Assembly (NCBI GenBank): GCA_001772865.1
Contig: MEVD01000014.1
Span: 2,214-66,213 of the forward strand
Direction: 5' to 3'
DNA: 64,000 bases
Source: a candidate division WWE3 bacterium RIFCSPHIGHO2_02_FULL_38_14
GTDB lineage: Bacteria > Patescibacteriota > WWE3 > UBA101185 > UBA10185
Every line of letters begins with the position of its first letter. The stretch's first letter is position 1. A program made the translations under genes and the position numbers. The notes below the pieces were generated by a model, which saw nothing but the letters and a program-made list of their open reading frames with translations, made no database searches and had not been told where the DNA came from. Of this stretch, positions 57,102 to 64,000 are shown piece after piece.

Positions 57102-57998
57102 ATGCAAAAACACAGCACTCATTATGTTAAAACAATATTTCTGTTTATTCTTCTTCTTTTGGAATCCTCTTTACTTTCTGTTTTTTTAATGGAAATGATC
57201 AGAAATCAAAACATATTATTTCCCTCAATAGAAAGCTTTACATTTGTATGCATTTTGATAATTATGATTTATATCGCTCAGGTACTTACGATCGGGGCGT
57301 GGGAAAAGTGGGAGCACTACCTGTTGGTCCCGATTCCGGTCACTTTAGGTATTACTGCGGGATTAATCAATTCCGGATTTAAGTGGTGGTTTGTGATTAC
57401 TATATTAAGCCTTTTGCTTCTCGCGGAAAGTGTATATTTAACTGACAGATTTAAAAAATTACTGCTTAAATTCCACCCCCGCCTGATATTTAGAAATATT
57501 AACAGAACTACAGGATTTGTTTTCGCAATTTTGGCCGGAATTTATACTTATCAAAATTACGTTGACTTGAATTCCGCCCTGCTTAAAACAAGAGTCAGCG
57601 AGTTTGTGGATCAGCAGTACGGAGATATAGCCAAACCTTTAATTGAACAACAATTAAAAGAACTGCAAGGAGCACAAAATCTGCGGGAAGATATAAATCT
57701 TATAAATGAGCAGTACGGGTTTGACTTGAGTCCTTTTTTAAACAGCACCACTCCTACAGACACGGACAACCAGATTAAGGCAAATCTGGTTACTCAAATA
57801 ATGGGGTGGATCGAACCGTACAAACAATTTATACCGCCTGCGCTTTCCATAATAACATTCGCGTTCTTTCAATTTTTATTTGGAATCTCCTACTTTCTAT
57901 TTACTCTATTAATTGACGGACTAATAATTGGCGCAAAAAAGATAAATTTTTTGCATGTGGAAGAAATAGAGGTTAAACAGGAAATTTTGAAGTTTTAG
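57102..57998 (+). CDS. Hypothetical polytopic membrane protein
   Basis: About six hydrophobic helices. Confidence 0.7.
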   Translation: MQKHSTHYVKTIFLFILLLLESSLLSVFLMEMIRNQNILFPSIESFTFVCILIIMIYIAQVLTIGAWEKWEHYLLVPIPVTLGITAGLINSGFKWWFVITILSLLLLAESVYLTDRFKKLLLKFHPRLIFRNINRTTGFVFAILAGIYTYQNYVDLNSALLKTRVSEFVDQQYGDIAKPLIEQQLKELQGAQNLREDINLINEQYGFDLSPFLNSTTPTDTDNQIKANLVTQIMGWIEPYKQFIPPALSIITFAFFQFLFGISYFLFTLLIDGLIIGAKKINFLHVEEIEVKQEILKF

Positions 57999-58034
57999 GT
58001 TCGGCTAATAATAGTAGAGTGCTATAATATGGAC

Positions 58035-58136
58035 ATGAAAATTACAGTAGAGTATGATCATCAAGTGAGTATGAAATTTTACTATTATGTTAACAAAACC
58101 TTAAATACTTTAACCACTACCCCTTCTAGGGGTTAA
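58035..58136 (+). CDS. Candidate small ORF with Thr-rich end upstream of thrS
   Basis: TGCTATAAT, 6 nt, then ATG: MKITVEYDHQVSMKFYYYVNKTLNTLTTTPSRG*. Confidence 0.3.
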   Translation: MKITVEYDHQVSMKFYYYVNKTLNTLTTTPSRG

Positions 58137-58190
58137 AAACTTGTACCTAAAACCAATTTCTCTGTTAAAATTATTTGAAAGGAATTAAAT

Positions 58191-59984
58191 ATGTCAAAGG
58201 TTAAAGAAGAATTAGAAAACGATCCGTTAATGCCTTTAAGGCATACGGCTGAACACGTCCTACACTTGGCAATGCAGGAATTGTATCCGAGCCTTAAAAA
58301 AGCAATGGGTCCGCCTATAGAAGAGGGTTTTTATTTTGATTTCGATCTTGATGAAAAAGTATCTTCAGACGACTTTGTGAAAATAGAAAAAAGAATGCAG
58401 GAATTAATAGATGCCGACCTTCCGGTAACTCTCGTTCACAGCTCAGTAAAAGAAGCAAAAGATATTTTTAAAGACAATCCATTTAAATTAGAGTGGCTGC
58501 AGGAAATTCATAACCGCGGCGAAGAAGTAACTTTATACGAAATGGGAGAAAAAGACGGCAAGCATTACGATCTGGATTTATGCGCGGGACCTCATGCTAG
58601 AAGCACGGGAGAAGTTAAAGCGTTTAAATTATTGAGCGTTGCTGGCGCGTATTGGAAAGGTAACGAAAAAAACAAGATGCTGACCAGAATTTACGGGACA
58701 GCTTTTGATACAAAGGAAAAACTTGAAAAATACCTGAAAAACTTAGAAGAGCAGAAAAAACGCGACCACCGAAAACTGGGGCAGGAACTTGAATTATTTA
58801 CATTCTCAGAGGAAGTAGGCCCTGGACTGCCTTTGTGGACGCCCAAAGGTAATGTAATAAGAGAAGAACTGGAAAAGTGGGCTAAAGATACCGAGAAAAA
58901 ACTGGGATATATGAGAGTTGCCACACCTCATATAGCCAAACACACTTTATTTGAAATATCCGGACACCTGCCTTACTACAGGGATGATATGTACAACCCA
59001 ATGGATATTGAAGGCGAAGAGTATTTTCTGAAAGGAATGAATTGTCCGCACCATCACATGATATTCAAGTCAAAGCCTAAGTCTTACAAGGATCTTCCCT
59101 TAAGATACGCAGAATACGGCATGGTATATAGATTTGAACAGTCAGGCACATTATTCGGGCTAATGCGGGTTAGAGCAATACAACAAAATGATGCGCATAT
59201 ATATTGCACACTCGAACAAGCTGAGGACGAGTTCTTAAAAGTACTCGAGCTTCACGAATTTTATTACAACACTCTGGGTCTTACAAAAGATGATTATTAC
59301 ATTGCTTTCGGTCTGCCCGATACAAATAAAAAAGAAAAATACCACGGGGACAAAGCCACTTGGGATAAAGCTGAAGAATTAATGAGAAAAGCCTGCAAAA
59401 GGTCCGGTATAAGATCTATAGACGATGTTGGCGGTGCTGCATTTTACGGACCGAAGACAGACTTCACAATCCGTTCTTCGACCGGAAGAGAATTTGCAAT
59501 CTCAACCAACCAGCTTGACCTGTTTATGCCCCAAAGATTTAATCTTGAATACACGGACAAAGACGGATCAAAGAAATTATGCGTGGTAATCCACAGAGCA
59601 CCTTTAGGCTCACACGAGCGGTTCATCGGATTTTTAATCGAACATTTCGGCGGAGCGTTTCCGGTCTGGCTTTCACCTGTACAAGTACAGATTATTCCCA
59701 TTTCAGAAAAACAAATTGATTATGCAATAAAACTACAAAATATGTTTATAGAAAGAAATTTAAGAGCTGAAGTAGACGATAGAAGCGAGACTATACAAGC
59801 AAAAATTCGAGACGCACAGCTGCAGAAAATTCCTTACATGCTGGTGGTAGGGGATAGGGAAGTACAAAATAATGAAGTGAGCGTTAGACTACGAACTGGC
59901 GAAGATTTAAAAGCAAAGCCTTTAACAGAAGTGCTAGCTAAAATAGAGGACATATATTTGACCAAAAGCCTGAAATTATGGTAA
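58191..59984 (+). CDS. thrS: Threonyl-tRNA synthetase (short form without TGS domain)
   Basis: RHTAEH, DLCAGPH, RIYGTAF, RDHRKLG, MNCPHH, GL.RVR...QNDAH, IHRA.LGS.ERF. Confidence 0.97.
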   Translation: MSKVKEELENDPLMPLRHTAEHVLHLAMQELYPSLKKAMGPPIEEGFYFDFDLDEKVSSDDFVKIEKRMQELIDADLPVTLVHSSVKEAKDIFKDNPFKLEWLQEIHNRGEEVTLYEMGEKDGKHYDLDLCAGPHARSTGEVKAFKLLSVAGAYWKGNEKNKMLTRIYGTAFDTKEKLEKYLKNLEEQKKRDHRKLGQELELFTFSEEVGPGLPLWTPKGNVIREELEKWAKDTEKKLGYMRVATPHIAKHTLFEISGHLPYYRDDMYNPMDIEGEEYFLKGMNCPHHHMIFKSKPKSYKDLPLRYAEYGMVYRFEQSGTLFGLMRVRAIQQNDAHIYCTLEQAEDEFLKVLELHEFYYNTLGLTKDDYYIAFGLPDTNKKEKYHGDKATWDKAEELMRKACKRSGIRSIDDVGGAAFYGPKTDFTIRSSTGREFAISTNQLDLFMPQRFNLEYTDKDGSKKLCVVIHRAPLGSHERFIGFLIEHFGGAFPVWLSPVQVQIIPISEKQIDYAIKLQNMFIERNLRAEVDDRSETIQAKIRDAQLQKIPYMLVVGDREVQNNEVSVRLRTGEDLKAKPLTEVLAKIEDIYLTKSLKLW

Positions 59985-60019
59985 CTTACGAAAGCTGAAA
60001 TGCTAAAACGGAGGTATAG

Positions 60020-60529
60020 ATTATAAGAGATTATTACAGGATCAACGAAAGAATAAGGTCACCCCAGCTTAGAGTTATAACGGGTACAGGGGAAAATTTG
60101 GGCGTTATGAGCACCGCGGACGCGTTAAAACTGGCCAAGGAAAAAGAACTAGATCTTGTTTTAATATCGGAGCAAGCAAACCCACCGGTTGCAAAGATCC
60201 TTGAATACAATAAGTTTCTTTACGAAGAAAGAAAAAAAACTTCTGCCGTAAAAGCCAAGGCGAAAAAAAGCGAGCTGAAGGAATTTGTGTTCGGTCCTAC
60301 AATCGGAGAAGGGGATATAGCAATCAGAGTAGAAAGATCAAAGGAGTTCATAAAAGAGGGTAACAGAGTTAAGATTTCGGTTAAATTAAAGGGCAGGGAG
60401 GCTGAATACCCGGATCTAGGATTTGAGAAAATTAAAAGATTCCAGGAAGAACTTGCAGATGTAGCTAAACTAGAAAGCGAGCCAAGAAGAAACGGGAAAA
60501 TTATTTCAGCAACTTTCTGCAAAATATAA
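60020..60529 (+). CDS. infC: Translation initiation factor IF-3 with non-AUG start
   Basis: In-frame RINERIRSPQLRVI lies upstream of the TTG; an in-frame TAG at 60017 leaves ATT(60020) or ATA(60023) after GGAGGT as the likely start; LDLVLI...PPVAKI.EY.K.LYE. Confidence 0.92.
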   Translation: MIRDYYRINERIRSPQLRVITGTGENLGVMSTADALKLAKEKELDLVLISEQANPPVAKILEYNKFLYEERKKTSAVKAKAKKSELKEFVFGPTIGEGDIAIRVERSKEFIKEGNRVKISVKLKGREAEYPDLGFEKIKRFQEELADVAKLESEPRRNGKIISATFCKI

Positions 60530-60590
60530 TATTATTTCGCTTCCGCGAAGTAATATTTAACAAAATTATTTCACTTTCGTGAAGTAATTT
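60529..60590 (+). repeat. Two tandem homologous hairpins between infC and rpmI
   Basis: ATTATTTCGC-TTCC-GCGAAGTAAT and ATTATTTCAC-TTTC-GTGAAGTAAT. Confidence 0.75.
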
Positions 60591-60659
60591 ATAACTAAAT
60601 TATGCCAAAAGGACGCACTTTTTTTACAAAAAGTGCTATCATTTGTCAAAAATGAATTT

Positions 60660-60875
60660 ATGCCAAAAGTGAAAACTAAAAAGACATTAATAAAAAGAAT
60701 AAAGATTACAAAAAAAGGCAAAGTACTCAAAAAACAAAATAGTAATGCCCATCTAAAGGTAAAAATGAGCAATTCAAGAAAACTCAGAAAAAACAAAGTA
60801 ATTACAATGCATGACAAAGGACATACAAAAATTTTTAAAAAGTTGCTGGCTAAAGCGGGAAAAAGAATTTCATAA
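60660..60875 (+). CDS. rpmI: 50S ribosomal protein L35
   Basis: MPKVKTKK...KR.KIT..GK; position between infC and rplT. Confidence 0.92.
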   Translation: MPKVKTKKTLIKRIKITKKGKVLKKQNSNAHLKVKMSNSRKLRKNKVITMHDKGHTKIFKKLLAKAGKRIS

Positions 60876-60884
60876 GGAGATAGT

Positions 60885-61235
60885 ATGCCAAGAGTAAAAG
60901 GCGGTCCCAGAGGACACAGAATGCATAAAAAAATCTTAAAACTGGCAAAAGGCTACAGAGGATCCAGGCATCGATTGTTTAAGCGCGCAAATGAAGCGGT
61001 ATTAAGAGCAGGAAAGCATGCTTTTGAAGGCCGAAGACAGAGAAGAAGAGATTTTAGAAAATTATGGATTTCCAGAATCAGCGGAGCTCTTTCAAGCCAC
61101 GGGGTAAAATACAGCAGATTTGTAAACTACCTTAAAAAATCAAATATAGAATTGGATAGAAAACAATTATCAGAAATGGCAGTAAACGATCCCAAAGGAT
61201 TTGAAAAACTAATAAAGAGCGCAGGCAAATTATAA
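60885..61235 (+). CDS. rplT: 50S ribosomal protein L20
   Basis: MPRVK, LAKGYRG, RDFRKLWI.RI, LDRK.LSEMA. Confidence 0.96.
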   Translation: MPRVKGGPRGHRMHKKILKLAKGYRGSRHRLFKRANEAVLRAGKHAFEGRRQRRRDFRKLWISRISGALSSHGVKYSRFVNYLKKSNIELDRKQLSEMAVNDPKGFEKLIKSAGKL

Positions 61236-63221
61236 AACTTTATACACCCTCACGGATTCACTTTGATAAACAATTTCCGTAAGATTTTCGATAGTCTGTA
61301 TATTTATATCAAAACCGTATTTGTTTTTTTCAAAATCCCCGATAAATATATAAGATATGGCGTATTTATCAAGAATCCCGCTAATAATTTCTTCATCATT
61401 ACTTTTATAAATCTGATCAACTTCATTTCTCCTCAAATCTATTTCCTCCACATCATTTCGCCATGTCCATTCGTGTCCCGGCCAGCCCAAAATAGTAGGC
61501 CATCCTAAAAAGGTTGAATAAAAACTACCATCCTGATAGCTTTCTCCCACAGCCTCAACTATAATCGGCTGAGACTCCTTATACTCATTCTCCAAAAACA
61601 TAATAGCCGAATAATCATCTGGGTATTTCTTTCCCATCCAAGATAATCCGTAATCAATCCCGGTAAATCTCTTTCCGTCAATCATCGATTGTTTCACTGC
61701 AAATACTGGATAGTAGGCCAAAATTAACATCATGATCAGCAGAGTTCCTTTAATTAATAAACCCACAATCCCGTTTCTAAATAAAAATAAATAGTAAGCA
61801 ACTGCAAGCCCGGTAATAACTCCCAGCCAAACCCAGACCTGCATGCTTATTTTAAAAACAGTGTTCGCCCTAAACCATTCTCCCTGAAACATAATATCTT
61901 TCATATAAAATACTTCCATAAAACCCAAAAATAGAATTCCGGTTATTATGAGCATTTTTATAAATCCGGCGGCACGGGAACCACTTTTGCTTTTATAAAG
62001 AAAAACACTGAATAATACCAAAACAGCTGCAAAATGACCCCAATACAACAGCCATTTCCAGGCAACACTGGATGATTTAACAATTCCCAGTCCCAATGTC
62101 GGAGTTAAAAAATCTTTCTTCCATAGTACTGAAACTCCAAATGCAATAATGAAAGAAGACAAAATACCTAATAACGCTCTTTTTTTATTTTTTTCCAAAT
62201 ATATTATTGAAAAGCAAGTGAACACACCTAAGGTCATTGCATCCCATGAGTTAGTCATAAAAGATATTCCCATCAGAAATCCTAAGACAACAGGAAACAA
62301 TAAACGCTTGCCGCCGTTTTCTTCAATAAAATATGCCAGTATTGCAGCCAAAAACACTACCCCTAGAATAAGACCCCAGGTATGAGCATGCAGATCGGAA
62401 ACTAAAAAAGAATAAATAGGCATCTCAGTTATTGTATTGTCAATAAATCTGGTTGGATCCGGATACCAGGGAGATGAGCCGATTTTTAATATCCACCTTA
62501 CGGAAAACAAAGTACCGGAAAACTGCACAAAAAATACCGTCAGCACGCCGGCTATATAAGAAACAATATTCCTTCCAACAGGAAACATTAATAAAAACAG
62601 ATTTCTACCCAAACTGAACAAACACATACCTAAAATCCCGAACATCCACACTACTAGTACAAAAAAACCCGGAACTAAATTTATACCCATTAGATTTAAA
62701 AAAACGTATGAAATAAAGTGACCGAAATAATAGTAGTTAATTGAATGACCGGCCAGCCAAACATCATTAGGCGGCAGTGCGGGGGATTCGAATAAAGATT
62801 TAATAAATCCGAAATCCATAAATCTTTCAATCGAGTATATTTCAGGTTCGCGGCTGCGCACAAAATACCATAACAGCGCTAAAACCAAAAATATCAGCTG
62901 GCTGTAAACCATATTCATTATCAGATGTTTGTTAATAGAAAGATGTCCGAATTTGAAAAAAACAAAAACATTCATTAAAACCCAAGCCGCAAAAGAAATA
63001 TAAACATAAATTCTATTTAATCCAAAAGCATAGGACAATAAAAATGTTAAAAAAGATATTACGATCAAACTTAAGACATGGGAATATGCATAACCTTTAT
63101 CATTAAACCTACCGAATATTTTCGAAATAATCGGAAATCCTGAAAGACCGACCAAAAAATTTACAGCAAAAAGAGGCAATAAGAAAGTTTTTAATTCCGT
63201 TAACAAAATCTCCATAAACAA
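61230..63221 (-). CDS. DUF2298 (YYY) family membrane protein, putative GT-C glycosyltransferase
   Basis: ERFMDFGF, PP.D.WLAG..INYYYFGH, ITE.P.YSF...DLHAH, N.WD, NTVFK, GWPGHEW.WR. Confidence 0.85.
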   Translation of the reverse strand: MFMEILLTELKTFLLPLFAVNFLVGLSGFPIISKIFGRFNDKGYAYSHVLSLIVISFLTFLLSYAFGLNRIYVYISFAAWVLMNVFVFFKFGHLSINKHLIMNMVYSQLIFLVLALLWYFVRSREPEIYSIERFMDFGFIKSLFESPALPPNDVWLAGHSINYYYFGHFISYVFLNLMGINLVPGFFVLVVWMFGILGMCLFSLGRNLFLLMFPVGRNIVSYIAGVLTVFFVQFSGTLFSVRWILKIGSSPWYPDPTRFIDNTITEMPIYSFLVSDLHAHTWGLILGVVFLAAILAYFIEENGGKRLLFPVVLGFLMGISFMTNSWDAMTLGVFTCFSIIYLEKNKKRALLGILSSFIIAFGVSVLWKKDFLTPTLGLGIVKSSSVAWKWLLYWGHFAAVLVLFSVFLYKSKSGSRAAGFIKMLIITGILFLGFMEVFYMKDIMFQGEWFRANTVFKISMQVWVWLGVITGLAVAYYLFLFRNGIVGLLIKGTLLIMMLILAYYPVFAVKQSMIDGKRFTGIDYGLSWMGKKYPDDYSAIMFLENEYKESQPIIVEAVGESYQDGSFYSTFLGWPTILGWPGHEWTWRNDVEEIDLRRNEVDQIYKSNDEEIISGILDKYAISYIFIGDFEKNKYGFDINIQTIENLTEIVYQSESVRVYKVL

Positions 63222-63400
63222 ACCGTATCAGAATTAGCTTTTTGAACTTTTACACCTGATTTTCAGACAGCAGCAAAATCTGTTATTACGTTATCATTTT
63301 ACTACAAGTAAAAATAGTTATCGGACTCTGCCTAAATGGATCGTTAAATCCCACCTCCTAAACTGTGGAAAAACAGCCAAAAACTGCTAAACTTACTGTC

Positions 63401-64000
63401 ATGGACATACAAAACAGGGTAGACGAAATTCACCTTAAATTCAACGAAGATCTTAAAAAAACAAAACTTAACGGCGATTTTGATAATCTTTTCCTTAAAT
63501 ACTTCTCAAAAAGTTCAGGAATTACAACTTTATTGCTGAAAGAACTTCCAAAATTAAGTGCAGAAGAAAAAAATAAATACGGCCCGGTTTTCAATGATCT
63601 AAAAGCAACTCAGAAAGAAGCTATAGAACAGGCGAAAATACTCCACGAAATTGAACAAGTTTCAAATCCCTTAATAGATTTAACATTGCCCGAAAAACCG
63701 GCCGAAACAGGGATGCTCCATCCCTTAACCCAGGTTATCCGCGAAATGAACGACTTTTTCAGATATTACGGATTCTCAGTTGCCGAAGATAGGGAAATAG
63801 AAACAGTCGAATACAATTTCAGAAAGCTCAACCTGCCAGAGGACCATCCCGCAACAGATCTGCAGGATACCTTGTTTGTTAAACAGCCTGACATTTTATT
63901 AAGAACACACACTTCATCGGTTGAATCACGAATACTGACTAATAATAAACCGCCCATAAGGGTTGTAACTCCGGGTAAGGTTTACCGTAATGAAACTGCA
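63401..64000 (+). CDS. pheS: Phenylalanyl-tRNA synthetase alpha subunit (3' end outside window)
   Basis: DLTLP..G.LHPLTQ, YNF..LN.PEDHPA.D.QDT, LLRTHTS, PGKVYRNE. Confidence 0.95.
   Translation, partial: MDIQNRVDEIHLKFNEDLKKTKLNGDFDNLFLKYFSKSSGITTLLLKELPKLSAEEKNKYGPVFNDLKATQKEAIEQAKILHEIEQVSNPLIDLTLPEKPAETGMLHPLTQVIREMNDFFRYYGFSVAEDREIETVEYNFRKLNLPEDHPATDLQDTLFVKQPDILLRTHTSSVESRILTNNKPPIRVVTPGKVYRNETA

Noticed and set aside
63222-63400. Intergenic region upstream of pheS as a possible T-box or attenuator
   Set aside because: No T-box consensus or Phe-rich leader seen; pheS has a proximal leaderless-type promoter; only short AT-rich hairpins.
1-64000. Alternative genetic code (TGA recoded) or integrated mobile elements
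   Set aside because: Conserved genes such as rpmH, rnpA, yidD, ftsE and dnaN are intact under code 11 and several end in TGA; no integrase, transposase or phage structural genes were recognised.

Overview
AT-rich bacterial chromosomal segment using genetic code 11. The gene content suggests a streamlined Patescibacteria/CPR genome, most like WWE3/Microgenomates (inference). It contains a giant surface protein truncated by the window start, pyrD, five canonical tRNAs (Arg-TCT, Leu-TAA, Pro-TGG, Leu-TAG, Val-GAC), RNase P RNA, an ftsE-ftsX-M23 cluster, mltG, miaA/miaB, tsaE/tsaB, rpmH-rnpA-yidD-yidC-jag-dnaN (no dnaA), tig-clpP, thrS-infC-rpmI-rplT and the start of pheS, with accessory genes in between. 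Most notable: (1) a compact non-canonical tRNA-His-like cloverleaf (9994-10064, minus strand) ending 5 nt before a gene for a remote PvcA/DIT1 (isonitrile synthase)-like protein; (2) a circularly permuted M23 peptidase with intact metal-ligand motifs downstream of ftsEX; (3) one sensor kinase flanked by five stand-alone receiver proteins; (4) candidate structured leaders upstream of a lysozyme-like gene, dnaN and rpmI, and a Thr-rich small ORF before thrS; (5) a recurring leaderless promoter-start geometry. All family assignments come from motif recognition by eye, not database searches.
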